Below are positions 51,700 to 64,000 of a DNA stretch of 64,000 bases, piece by piece. Both the position numbers and the translations under genes were made by a program. The notes under the pieces are model-generated. The model had not been told where the DNA came from. It ran no database searches and saw only the letters and a list, made by a program, of their open reading frames with translations. Numbering within the stretch: position 1 is the first letter of the stretch; every line of letters starts with the position of its first letter. Source of the DNA: Hemiscyllium ocellatum (taxonomy: Eukaryota); the NCBI RefSeq assembly GCF_020745735.1, contig NW_026867487.1:3348001-3412000 (forward strand), read 5' to 3'.

Positions 51700-53900
51700 A
51701 CTCTTGCTCCCTTTCTGCAGAGATTGGAAGCGAGTACCGAACATCTGATGAGAAGATAAACAACTTGTGAAGTTTTGGTTATTTTTTAAAAGTTTGAATA
51801 ATAGACGTAGCCTGTGAGGGTATAGACAATCTCTTACAGATTCAGGACTTTCTTTAGTAAGCTTTCAGCAGTTGTTCCTGGAGTCTCAGAAGGATTGGAA
51901 GTCAGTAAATCTGTTCCGGCTGTCCTCCTCCCACTGTGAATTATCTGTTGGCGTTCTTTTCTGCTGGATTGTAGCTGGTACATGCATTTCTTTCTTGCTA
52001 ATAGAATGCACCAGAGACAATGTGCTTTACTGAATTTGCATTTTTGCCACATCAGTTTTTATTGGATGTTACTAAATTAGAAAAGTTACTGTTTAGTAGT
52101 AAGATTATCTATTATTTTGTCCAGTTTTCCAATAGGCATAAATTATTGAAAGTTCGTCTTGATTTATTTTGTTTCAATTACAGTGTTTGACTAAATAATA
52201 ATTTGCTTAACATCGAGTGGTTTTACCAATAAAATTGCACGGCAGAGCACCTGATGTTTACGTGTAAAACAACAATGAAATGATAGGGTGTATTCTACTT
52301 TCTTCAGACATTTTGAATGGGTCTGGTGTGTTCGATAACAATCTGGCAGTTCGACCCGGATCAAAACCTCTAATTTCGGTTTGGACTAAGAATTGTTGAA
52401 CTCAACGACCGCGAATTGCAAATGCAAGTGTCTTTTCTTTGGGTTTTCAATTCGGTTTGTTAAAACAGGATATGCATTGGGTAGCTTGAGTTTTTCAGTC
52501 GCTTAAAGATTGCTCGTCGTGGAGGAAGAAGTCACTTCTTATGTTTTACAGATGGGAATAACGACACAGCTGATGCAATTGGCACACATATTGCAGTTCA
52601 TGTTGTCTTTGACTCCGCGAAAACGAGAGGTAATTGCAGCAATAACTTGACATTTATGATGACCGGAAATGACATCGAAGTTTTTACAAATGCTTAATAT
52701 TCAATTGCAAATGGACCAGCTTGATGTAGATTGAAAGGGAAGAGGAAAGGAAATAAAACAGTTTGACTCCCGATTAAAAGGAAAGCAAAAGGAAAATGAG
52801 AGGAAAGCTCGAGCAGAAAAAAAGAGAGAGGATAAATTGAGAAAGAGGGAGAACAAAAGCAGAAAGGGGGAGAGTTTGAACATCAGAACCTGGCATTAAG
52901 CGAGCCATGTCGATTTAAAAGGGCGCAAATGCACATATAAAATTGAATTATTGAAGAGGCTAGTGATGACCAGCTAATCCATTCGTGCCCATGGCTGATG
53001 AGATCTGCTTAACTATGGTCAAGCGTCGCTTTAGTTCAATGATGTAGATGCCCTTCTCATTTCATTTGAGAAAGGGGCTTAACAAATGAAATGTGCTGCG
53101 ACTATGTGGGCGTTGTTGATCCAAAAAAAAACCTTGCAAGAGCAAGGTATCAACCAGGAGCAACCGATAAAGAAATGAAAATGTTAAGAGACACGGGAAC
53201 ATTCCAATCTTTGATGTTGATAATGGAGGGAATATGCCATTCAGAAGGAGAATTGCCAATAAAGGTGTCAATAAGAGGAATTCATGATGAAAAAAAAACA
53301 GTGTTTCATTATGTAAAATGATGTTGGATAATCCAGTGAAAAGTAGTGAAGTGGTGGAAATGCTTGGTTCCACGAATACAATTCATCTTTGGGAATGATA
53401 GAGCTGGCTCACAGATGAGGGTATGTCAACAATGTTTCAAAAGCCAGTGGGAAATCAGGCAAGTATTGCAGGTCATTCATCCTGAGTTTTTCTTGACTTT
53501 TTGGCAACAATGTCTCAAATCCACAATTTGAAACAGGAGGTGAAATCAGTGAATAATGAAGGAATTTAAAATAGGAATATCAAAGACCATGTTTGATTAA
53601 ATTGTTAAGAAAATGAAAACTAGAACAGGTGGAGGGCAAGATTAATATTATTTGTCGAGAGAAATCAACTGAATGGCAACAGAAGGATGAAAGGTCAGAA
53701 TAACTGCTTCAAAAAAAGCAAACAGAGAAGAAGAATCTGAGCACTTCCAAAAATGTTGTTATCCTAAAACCAAAGCCTTGAGAGAAGAGATGTGACCATG
53801 CCATATTCAGGCGGATGTCAAAACGGCAGACTTACACCCGTGGGTTATAAAAAAACGCTGTTGTTGTAACACATGAATTATCAGTAGGAGATCATTTGCG
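51700..53900 (+). mobile_element. Decayed Gypsy-type LTR retrotransposon (gag/protease remnants)
   Basis: DALLISFEK..QMK..MWALLIQ gag-like; MLRDTGTFQSLM aspartic-protease-like DTG; IQFIFGNDRAGSQM; outer boundaries uncertain. Confidence 0.7.
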
Positions 53901-54292
53901 AATAAGAAAAGCTCAAGCCAAAATACGAAACAAATTATTGGTCTTGACTGCATAAGGACATAATTGAATTTTCGTGTGGAGGTAGACACAAGGAGCATTT
54001 GGAAAGGGGTGGACAAAGCTGGACCCAGTGACGCTGAAGGAGCTGTGACATGTTTGCATGTTAGGATGGGGACTGACTTTGAGATTTATTTAAGCTGGTG
54101 GCGCTCCTGCTTATTGGCTGCCCTTGTCCTTCTACACGGTAGTGGTCATTGGTTTGGAAAGAGAGTTGCTTTTTATGCTTACTTACCAACACTCAATAAT
54201 AAGTGGTATATTTTCAAAATCAAGTAATAGCACAAAGTGGAATTGCAAAAAGATCGCATGATACTCAAGGGTGGCAGTCTAGGGTAACTCAC

Positions 54293-54350
54293 CTGGGATG
54301 ATTTCATTCAACTTTAGAATAATCAACGTTCGTCTCATCTGCGCCTTCAT
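54293..54350 (-). pseudogene. Orphan family-B leader exon (open), V exon lost
   Basis: MKAQMRRTLIILKLNEIIP, CCCAG|GTGAGT; TATAAAA ~80 nt upstream. Confidence 0.75.
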
Positions 54351-55067
54351 TCCTTATTGATAGGTTTGCAACACCGTGATTAAAAAAAACCTGCTCTCCT
54401 CTTTACGAGGCACAACAGACCAGAGCTGTTTTTATACCTCCACTCAACACAAACCATAGGCACAGCATGGACCTCCAAACGTTTCCATCTGCACATTCTG
54501 GTGTTCGTGCTCATGTATATGTGTCCGTGTGCATATTTGGTTTAATATCTTTCCGCGTGTATTTCAATGTGTTCTGTTGTGCATTTTTCTGTTTGTGTCG
54601 TTGTCTTTTGGGAAGTACATTACAAAGATGAGAAACGTTCATCTGCAGAGGCGTTTCACGATTCTATTGTCAGCTCAACCGCAACTGGCCGTCGCTTTCT
54701 GAGATAAATTGACAGGATGATAAAGCATGAGTTTAGAAAAGAAAATGTTCTTACATTCTCTTTCTCTGCTTCTTGTGTTCAGAGTTAAAAATCACAAAAC
54801 ACCACGTTAGAGTTCGATAGATTTCTTTGGAAGTTTAAGCTTTTGGAGAGTTGCTCCTTCATCAGGTAACTAGTGGGGCAGGATGATATGTGTCCGATGA
54901 TCCTCCCGCACTAGCTACCTGAAGAAGGAGTGACACTCCAAAAACTTGTACTTCCAAGTAAACCTATTGGACTATAAACTGATGTTGTGTGATTTTTATC
55001 TTAATCCACCCCAGTCCAACACCAGCTCCTCCACAGCCTCTCTCCCTTCAGTTCAACACGGTGCAAT

Positions 55068-55100
55068 TGCACCCTCTGTTGGTCGGTGTACGTTACTGCA
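55068..55100 (-). promoter_or_regulatory. CTCF-like element (best match in the window)
   Basis: TGCAGTAAC-gtaca-ccgaCCAACAGAGGGTGCA. Confidence 0.65.
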
Positions 55101-55699
55101 CACGAAGAATAACAAACGATTCAGCGACTCAGACAGAGAGAGAGTCATAGCAGCATCTTTCAAATTGACAACAGCGTGAACTGACACACAGCAGCAGTGT
55201 TAAATTTTTGATACTGTCAGTTCGCATGTTCAGAAGACATTTCACTGGTGATATTTAGATGTTTCTTTTGTCCATTGTTTCTCTTTCTTTACCGACTTGT
55301 CGTTCTGACCAAACCCTTCTATATGTCCCATGTCGGTGTCCCAAAATAAAAATCCACAGTAACAAGGCTGTTTGTTCATCGTGAATTTCTGGATCAGGGT
55401 TGGTTTGCACATAATGGGCAAATCTCAGAAATAAAAGAGGCTGTTTGCAAAATCAGACTCAAAGTTAGATTCTCTTCACTGACCAGTTGTACTTCAATTG
55501 TCTTCCAAATACTGGAAAAGTTGCTTAATGTATTGCTTCCTCTGAAAATTTACTGATTAGACACTCATTTCCACTCCTGAGCTCTAAAGTATGGAACTAT
55601 TCCCATTTGAACCTCATTTAGATCTTACAAACATATTTTTTGTAATTCCAGACTGCGGGAAATGTGTTTGCTCAAACATGCTTTGCGTACAGAAACAGA

Positions 55700-57170
55700 A
55701 GCATTGTAATTAGGTGCAGGAGTAGGCCGTTCGGCCCTTAGAGCTTGCACCAACTTTAATACGATCATGGCTGATAATGCAAATTCAGTATCCTATTCCC
55801 GCCGTTTCCACATACCCTCAATCCATTTTGCCACAAGGGGCACATCTAGCTCCATCTTGAATATATATATAAAATGAACCGGTTCCACAGTTTCCTGTAG
55901 GAGAGAATTTCAATGATTCACAACTTTGAGTGAAAAAATCGTTTCTTATCGCTGCCCTTAATGGCTTATCCCTTACTTTTAGACTGCAACACCCTAATTA
56001 TGAGCTTCCCAACATCAGGAACGTTTTTTTTGCCACACCTAATCCGCCCAGTTTCATCAGGACTGTAATTGGTTCGATGAGATTCCCCCCTCAATTTCCC
56101 AAAAGTCCAGCGAATACAAGCCCATTCAACGCTATCTTCCCTCATATGTCAGATCTTTCATTCCGGGAATCAGTCTTGTGAAACTTTGTTGGGCTCCAGT
56201 AAAAGCAAGAATGCCCTTCTTTAGACGAGAAGCACAGAACTGCACACAATACTCAAGGTGTGGCTTCATGAAGACCCTACATAACTGCTGCAAGTCATAA
56301 ATACTCCACCACATATTTCCTACCACTGTGAAGGATGGAATGCCATTGGCTTTCCTCACTGCTGACTGCACCTGCACACCAACCTTCAAAGACTGTTCCA
56401 TCATGGCACCTAAGTCTGTTCACACCACACCTTTTCCTAAACTGCCATAACTCAGATAATAAGTTGCCTTCCTTGGTTTTATGACCAAAGTGGATAACCT
56501 CACATTTATCCACATTAAATTACATTTGACAGATATTTTGCCCACTCCGTCAGCCTGTCTAAGTCACCCTGCAATCTCTTAGCATCCTCATCCCAACCCA
56601 CACTGCCACCCAGTCTAATGTCACAGCCGATCAAGGCAGCACCTAAGGAGCAGCAGAATCGACACTTCGAGCATAAGCTCTGCATCAGGAACATATTGCT
56701 CAAAACGTCGAATCTCCTGCTTCTCAGATGCTGCCTGACAAGTTGTGCTTTTCCAGTACCGCACGTTTTGACTCTGATCTTCAGCATTGGCAGTCCTCAC
56801 TTTCACCCCATTCAATTCCTTAGTCAAAATCGTTTATGTATATCGTGAGCAGCAGAGGTTCCAGCACTGAAACCTGCAGCACCCCGCTGGTCACTGCCTG
56901 CCATCTGAAAAGGACCCGTTTACTCCAACTTTCTGTTTACTGTCTGCCAACCACTTCTTTACATATGCCAATACATTATCTTTGAAACCATGAACTTTAA
57001 TCTTCATTAGTATTCTCTTGTGTGGAAGATTGTCAAAACCCCTTTGAAGGTCTGGATATACAATATTTACTGATTCATCCTTGTTCACTAGGCTGGTCAC
57101 ATCTTCAAACAATTCCAGTAGATTCTTCAAGCATAATTTCCCGAGAGTAGCAAGGGATGAACACATACCC
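55700..57170 (-). mobile_element. Decayed CR1-type LINE with a Penelope-type terminal fragment (~56615-56810)
   Basis: FDNLPHKRIL, DKCEVIHFG, PHLEYCVQF motifs. Confidence 0.85.
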
Positions 57171-57245
57171 CTTTGTGTGAGTTGTTGCGACTCTTGATTT
57201 GAATGTCACTTCGAATTAAATTCCCGATGCGTTTGACATCCGCTT

Positions 57246-57280
57246 CTGCATCAGTGGAGACTTCCCAGCAGAGATTAGCA
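57246..57280 (+). promoter_or_regulatory. CTCF-like element ~0.9 kb upstream of the 58-kb V
   Basis: TGCATCAGT-ggaga-cttcCCAGCAGAGATTAGCA. Confidence 0.4.
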
Positions 57281-58076
57281 TTATATTGAGTTCAACGCAG
57301 AGGAGAACAGGGGAGTAGATTGTGAGACGTTTTGCTCAATTATCATTCCTCCAGACAACTATCTCCGAAAAATAACTGCCACCTTCTTTATCAGAGGTAC
57401 AGCTAGAGATGATAGAGTGTTTGTTTAGTGACGCATAGTGTTGGTTTGTCGGGTTTTAATTTGAGAGGGGGTTGTTTGTGGTGCTACAATGATCATGTGT
57501 CTTTTGGAAATCACCACAGTGTCGTACTTAAAAAGAACTTGGGTCGTTTCGTAAGACGAACTGGCGTCAGTAGGTGACGTGGGGCAAAACATTCAGCAGG
57601 GCTTTCCTTTTCTTTCAAAAATGTACTCTATTGAGAAAAGAACATCTCTTTGAATGCATACAATGTCAAAAATGCACTTCGATTCGGTACAGTGCTACAT
57701 GAACTAAAACAAACACATTTGAGTTTAAATCTATCCCAAAAACCAAATACATCTCTTACACATATAAGACTGTATTGCAAGCCTTGAGACACCAGTAAGG
57801 TCTGTCAGAAAAGCAAGATATTCTTGAGAGTAAAGGTGCTAGCAATCTCAGATATTGCTTGTCAGGACTGGAAGCCAATCTATCAGAATTCTCAATGTTC
57901 CGTTTTAAGGAGAGTGTGTATAACAGGGCTCACGGTCTGCCAACATACATGGTGTCTGCACTCCGGCACCGGCCCTTCAAGAATCATTGATGTCACAAAC
58001 ACTTTTCATTATGTTAGTCTAGATATATGTGACAACAAAGCATTCATTCATTTGATGATTTGGAAACATCCAGTGA

Positions 58077-58098
58077 CACGACAGCACTGAGGGCGGGG
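58077..58098 (+). promoter_or_regulatory. Family A V promoter motif: CRE/ATF-like half site plus GC box
   Basis: CACGACAGC..GGGCGGGG; CACGTCAGC at 41913-41921 and 29105-29113 (minus) in equivalent positions. Confidence 0.5.
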
Positions 58099-58155
58099 TT
58101 TCAGAATGGGTGTATTCAAATACCCAGCAGCTCTGTTATACAGAAGATAATGAAA

Positions 58156-58599
58156 ATGCGTCAACCTAGTGTTTGGTTTGTGTGGGGCGCAATTCTAGCA
58201 GGTAAATGTGAAGCAAAGCCATTTCCAATTCCTTTATCCAATTGATGGCAGACAAGCATTTTATAATTGATACCTGTTTTATCTTTCAGGTCTCAGTCAT
58301 GAAGATTCTGTCACTCAATCTTTATCCTCATATAGTTTGGCAGAAGGAGAGGCAGTGACTCTAAACTGTACCTATGATACGACATCGAGCAGCTATTCAT
58401 TATCGTGGTACCGACAACACCCAGACAATCAACTCGAGTACATACTGAGGAATGATAATGACGGTTATCAGCATTCTGCGGATTTTGCACAGCATCGCTT
58501 CTCAGCAGAACTTCAGACATTGAAGAAATTCACCAGTTTGACTATAACTGGGCTACAGTTGATTGACACTAATGTGTATTACTGCACTTTATGGGACTA
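58156..58599 (+). CDS. TRAV/TRDV: Intact family A TCR V segment (leader 58156-58201, V exon 58290-58599)
   Basis: MRQPSVWFVWGAILA-GLSHEDSVTQSLSSYSLAEGEAVTLNCTYDTTSSSYSLSWYRQHPDNQLEYIL...HRFSAELQTLKKFTSLTITGLQLIDTNVYYCTLWDY. Confidence 0.92.
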
Positions 58600-58638
58600 C
58601 ACAGTGATGTGAAACCGTCTCATCCTTGTACAAAAACT
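58600..58638 (+). other. Canonical 23-RSS
   Basis: CACAGTG-23-ACAAAAACT. Confidence 0.95.
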
Positions 58639-59319
58639 TCAGTGAACTGTTGTTGAACACCCAGTTGCAGTTTGTGTGAATCATAGGTTGTTCCAAGATG
58701 TCGTTTCGAGCTCAGACATAGAGGAAACCAAGTTAACCTCAGGTACCCAGTCACCCGAGTGCTTCCTGAAACTGTTGAGACAATAAATTGCAAACTGTGA
58801 TCACTCATGCAGGTACAGAACAGAATCATAACTGAACACTCGCATTAAAATCCCCACAGTCAACAATTCGCTGTCCCACATGTTCTGGATAGTGAGCTGG
58901 AAGAGGTCTCACCTTCTCCGAGTTTCACAAACTCACTGCTGACACAAAGCTTCGAGGTAGGATCTCGAAGAGAACCCGCAGTTTATTGAAGGCATGGCTT
59001 AAGAATGGGTACTTCTGAACGTGTTGATTTGAATGTATTGAGTGAATCGTGATCATTCCATCATTCCTATGATCATCAAACTGGACATCTACTGTGAACG
59101 TAATGTGACACCAGGTTTTTGTGCATGCATACATGTGTGTGCCATTGTGCGCATGTGCGTGTATGGTTTGTGCATTTCTGATTGTGCATATGTATATTGT
59201 GTTATGTGTTTATTTGTCTCTGTATGCGCGTTTTTCTGTGATAGTTTGTGTCTGTGTGTGCAGGTTCAAAGAAACAACAAATTTATCAGTGGCAGAGAGC
59301 TAAATTGCTAATCCAATGA

Positions 59320-62300
59320 CTCCGCTAATGTTCTGGAGATGCAGATTCAATCCCAACCACGGCAAATGGTGGAATGTGAATTTAAGTGAAAAAAAAGTCT
59401 GGAATAAAGAATCAATTGCTGACACTGAAACAATTGTAGTTTGTAGGACAAACTTATCTGGTTCACTAAGATTCCTCAGGGAAGAAAAAATGCCATCCTC
59501 ATCTGGTCTGGATTCCAGACGCATAACAATGTAATTGACTCTCAGTTGCGCTCTGAGATGGTCTAGCAAGCTGTCCAGTTTTGTCATTCACAACAAATCA
59601 CATTGAACTGAAGCTGGACGGATCAGCTGGCATTGACGTAGGCATCGGAAAAGACAACAGCACCACCAGCCCTGCCGCCACTGCAAATTCCTTCTCACTA
59701 ATGTCTCGGGGCTACTGTCAAAATTCAGAGAGCTGGCTCACAGAAGAGCTTGATATGGCGATATCTTATATATAATGATCCAGAAACCACCATCACATCC
59801 CTGGATATGTCCTGTCTCACCAGATGGACAGACCCAGCAGTAGTATACAGTCAGCAAGAAGTTGCATTAAGATTCCCCGACATTGACTCCAGTTCCCATG
59901 AAGTCTCAATGATTCAGGCTAATCTCAGTCCTGATGTTTATAGTGTACCTTCTTCCCTCGGTGGATGAATTGGTACGCGACCATATTAAACAACACTGAG
60001 AGGTAGCACTGGGGATGGTAAAGGCACAAAATATACCCGTGGGAAATTTCAATGTCCACAAAGTGACTTGGCAGCAGCACTGATAAACAGGCTAGTCGAG
60101 TCCTAAAGGCCATAGATGCTTGAATGAGTCTGCAGCAGGCGGTGATGGAACCAACAAGAAGGAAAATCATGCTTGACATTATCCTTACCAGTCTCCAACT
60201 GCGGATGCATTTGTCCATGACAGTATCGATAAGAGCAACTAATTAACAGATTTGTCGAGATGAAGTGCCGCAAACACATTGAGAATAACCTCCATAGTTT
60301 TGTGTGGCACTATCACCATGCTAATTTGAACAGACTTTGAACAGAAGTACCAACTCAAGGAAGGGCATCCATGAGGAGCTATGGGCCATCAACAACAGCA
60401 GAACTTTCCTACAGCGCAATCTGTAACCTGATGGGCCAGCAAATCCGTCACTTTAAGCATTCCTATCAAACCAAGGGATCAATTCTGTTTCAATGGAGAG
60501 TGTAGGAGGGCATGTCAGGAGCAACACCAGGCATACATGAAACAGATGTGCAAACTTCTGAAGCTACCAAACAGCATATTAAGCAACGTAAGCAGAAAGT
60601 GACAGACAGAGCTAAGCGATCCCACAAACAATGCATCAGATCTAATCTCTGGCTTGCTGTGAGAACCATTCGTGAAAGGTGGTGGACGATTAAGAAGACA
60701 CTGTACGAGGTGGCTCCGCAAAATCCCCATCCTCAATGATGGAAGAACCCAGCACATCAGTGCAAAAAGTAAGGCTGAAGCTTTCGCATCAACCTTCAGC
60801 CAGAATGCCAAGTTAATGATACATCTCGGCCTACTCCAGTGGCCCCCAGCATTACAGATACTAGTCTTCAGCCAATTCGATTCACTCCACGTGAAATCAA
60901 GAAACAGTTGGAGTCACTGGATGCTGCAATGGATATTGGCCCTGAGAATATGCTAAGAATGGGACTGAAGACTTGTATATCCAGAATGTGTCGCTCCCCT
61001 AGGCATACTACCCCAGTACAGTCACAACACTGGCCTATATTCGACAATGTGGAACATTGCCCAACTATGCCCGGTACACAAAAAAAATGACAAATCAGAA
61101 CTGGCCGATTACCGCCTCAACAGTCTACTTTCGATCCTCAGTAAAGTGATGGAAGCTATCATCCCCAGTGGTATCAAGCAGCACCTGCTCAGCAATGACT
61201 TGCTCACTGAAGCCCAGATTTGGTTCATCCAGCGACACTCAACTCCTGGTCTCATTACAGCCTTGCGTGAAACATGGACAAAATAATTGAATTGCAGAGG
61301 TGAAGTGAGAGTGACAGCCGAGTGAGGCATCAAGGGGCCTATCAAAGCTGGAGGCATTGGGTCATAGAATCCGTACAGTATAGAAACAGACCCTTCAGTT
61401 CGACAAGTCCACATTGTCACTCCGAAGATTGTCCCAGCCAAACACATTCGGCTTTGCCAGTGCACCTCACCTGAACATGCCTGCATACTGTGAGCAATTT
61501 AGCTAACATAGACACGGGGAGAATGTGAAAATTCCAGACTCTCGGTCGCCCGAGCCTAGAATCGAATTTGTGCCCCTGGAGCTTTGAGGTAGTAATGCTA
61601 GCCGCTAAGCCACCATGCCGCTCAGGTATCGATGTGCAAACTCTCTGGTGCTTAGATACATATCGGATGCATAGGAGGATGGTAGTGGTTGTTGGAGCTC
61701 CTTCATCTCATCTCCAGGACATGTTGGTAGGAGTTCCTCAGGCTAGTGTCCCCGGACCAACCATCCTCAGCTGTTCCATCAATGACCATCCCTCCATCAT
61801 AAGGTCAGAACTGGGACGAATACAGAAATTTTAGCACCACTTGTGACTCCTCAGATGCTGAAGCGGTCCGTGTCCAAACGTAACAAGGTCAGGCTCATGT
61901 CCAATCTTGGTTAGATATATAGCAAGTAACATTCGCGCCACAGAATTGCACTCTATGACCATCACCAGGAAGAGACAATCCAACCATTGCCCATTATATT
62001 TAATAGTGTTGTGATCACTTAATCGCCCAATGCAAACATCCTGAGCATTCCCATTGACCAGAAACTCAACTGTACTCGCCACATGAAGCCAGTGGCTGCA
62101 AAATCAGGTCAGAGGCTACGGATATTCCGCTGAGTAAGTCACTTCCTGACACCCCTAATGCCGTCCAGCATATGCAAAGCACAAGTCAAGAGTGTGATGG
62201 AACACTTTTTACTTTCCTGGACGGGTGCAGCGCCAACAATATTCAAGAAGCTTGACACCACCCAGGGAAAAGCAGCCTGTTTGATAGGCACTGCATTCAC

Positions 62301-62690
62301 AAACGTCCATTCCCTCAAGCACTCAGTAGCTCAATAGCAGGAGTGTGCACTATCGGCAAGATGGACTGCAGGATTAACCAAGGATTCACAGACAGCATCT
62401 TGCAAACTCATGACCGCTTCCATCTAGAAAGACAAAGGCAGCAGATAGGTGCAGTCTCCGCCAGCTTCAAGTTCCACTCCAAGTCACTCACTATTCTGAC
62501 TTGGAAATGTATCGCCTTTCCTTCACTGCCTCTGGTCAAAATCCTGGAATTTCCTCCCTAATGCAGTGTGGGTCAATCCACAGTGGTGGACTGCAGCAGT
62601 TTAAGAAGGCAGTTCATCACCAGCTTCTCCAGGGCATCCATGGATGGGCAATAAATACTGTTGAGCTAGCGATGCCCACATCCAACAACA
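59320..62690 (+). mobile_element. Long decayed HER1-like LINE with an HE1-like SINE inserted on the minus strand at ~61345-61625
   Basis: MWNIAQLCPVHKK..DKS..ADYR..SLLSILSKVME RT motif; GVPQASVPGPT; same 3' tail as 26420-27480. Confidence 0.75.
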
Positions 62691-63159
62691 TGGATCAATT
62701 AGAAAAAAACTTGCTTCATATCAACCTTGGCCTCCTGTTGTTTCTCCTGTATCAATGCCAAAACATTAATAAAACTCTATGTACGTCTTTGCGCACATAA
62801 TGTCGTCTTCATCTTCCTTTGTAGATGTCGCTCCATCCTTAGACTGAGCTACAGCTATATTGTCTCTTTCGTTTGGATTCTCCTCAATGAAGTCAGCCAC
62901 AGATACCATTATAGAAAAGGAGAAAAAAAAAACGTATGACGACTTCTTTAATCTCTTTAATTTTGTCTTCTTCTCGGCTTCACTTTTACAGTGGTTTCTC
63001 TCGTTCCTTATACAACTTTTATTCACTAGATTTAACTAAAGTAATGAATAAGTGGTCACGGGGCTTTGCTTGTCGGATAATCTGTGAGTGGAAAGATAAA
63101 ATCTACAATAAATAGCAGACCGGTTGCTTATTTTGGTGTTGTACTCCTGTCAATTGAAC

Positions 63160-63220
63160 ATGAAGATAGTGGCACGATTACAATGGATTACACTCATTTT
63201 CCTCAATAGAATCAACACAA
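63160..63220 (+). pseudogene. Orphan type-D leader exon D6
   Basis: MKIVARLQWITLIFLNRINT, donor GT>AT, same lesion as D3. Confidence 0.7.
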
Positions 63221-63289
63221 ATGAGTTACACGTGAGATTATTAGGGGCTACTGATGGGCAGTGGTGGGTCGCTCCATCTTGGTCACATC

Positions 63290-64000
63290 ATTGAATTATA
63301 GAATCGTACAGATGGACAGCACAGAAACAAACCCTTTAGTCTAACTCGTCCGTGCTGAAGGCAGTGCTGAGTTGGAAATTTGGAACTGGGATATAGTTGG
63401 GGGAGGGCAAATGAAGAAACCAGTGAAGTCCTCATTGATGCTGAGTGGTTGGAGGGTCCCAGGGCTGAGGATGAGGCGTTCTTTCTCCTACCGTTGGGTG
63501 GTTAGGGTGTAGTGATGGAGGATTCCCTGGACCTGCATGTCTTTGGCGCAGTGGGAGGTGCAGTTGAAGTGTTCGGCCACGGGGGCATGAGGTTGGTTAG
63601 TTGGTGCGGGTGTGCCAGAGATGTTCTCTTAAGTACTCTGCAAGTGGGCGTCCTGTCTCCCCAATGCGGAGGAGACCACATCGGGAGGAACAGATACAGT
63701 AAATGACGTGTGGAAGTGCAGATAAAATTGTGATGGATGTGGAATGCTCCTTTGGTGCCTTGGCCTGATTAGAGGTGTGGTGTGTTCACAAAGGTTTGTA
63801 ATTCTTGTGGTGGCAGGGTAAGGTGCCGGAAGGGAAGGGTGCATAGGTTGGGGGTATGGACCTGACAAGGACGTCGTGGAGGGAATGGTCTTTGTGGAAC
63901 ACAGATAGGGTTGGGGAGGGAAACATGTCTCCCGTGGTGGTGTCTGTTTGTAGGTGGCAGAACTGGCGGAGGATGATGCAATGTATTCGGAAATTGGTGG
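63290..64000 (-). mobile_element. Penelope-like element remnant (duplicate of 24875-25830)
   Basis: Same ORF fragments in reverse orientation. Confidence 0.8.

Larger units (their letters stand above)
61503..64000 (-). repeat. Right arm of the inverted segmental duplication (runs off the window)
   Basis: Reverse complement of ~25185-27607. Confidence 0.9.

Noticed and set aside
62766-63026. Acidic ORF (…FIEENPNERDNIAVAQSKDG…EDEDD) and its twin at ~26190-26400 as a captured gene
   Set aside because: Purine-rich sequence partly homologous to the non-coding A-to-D flank (~12200-12250); the two copies differ by an indel; no recognisable domain.

Overview
Vertebrate DNA, most likely from a shark (V-segment style plus HE1/V-SINE-, CR1- and Penelope-type repeats): part of a T-cell receptor alpha/delta-type V-segment array. 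No D, J or C segments were recognised. Read by eye, the window holds three V lineages. Family A (TCR alpha/delta-like) has 9 copies: 3 fully intact, 1 intact but cut by the window edge, 5 pseudogenes. An immunoglobulin heavy-chain-like VH has one intact ORF and one decayed copy. Family B is a divergent V with three pseudogene copies, a 17-19-codon leader and a ~750-nt intron; the ORF track shows it only as fragments. There are also six orphan leader exons (type D) related to the B leader. The parts recur as a cassette A> D> <B, with a CTCF-like motif upstream of most leaders. Cassettes left of ~30 kb mirror those right of ~34.6 kb, and a ~2.4-kb inverted duplication links 25.2-27.6 kb with 61.5-64 kb. 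The rest is mostly decayed LINEs, SINEs, Penelope-like elements and a Gypsy remnant. Repeat boundaries are approximate (about +/-50 nt); nothing was aligned by software.
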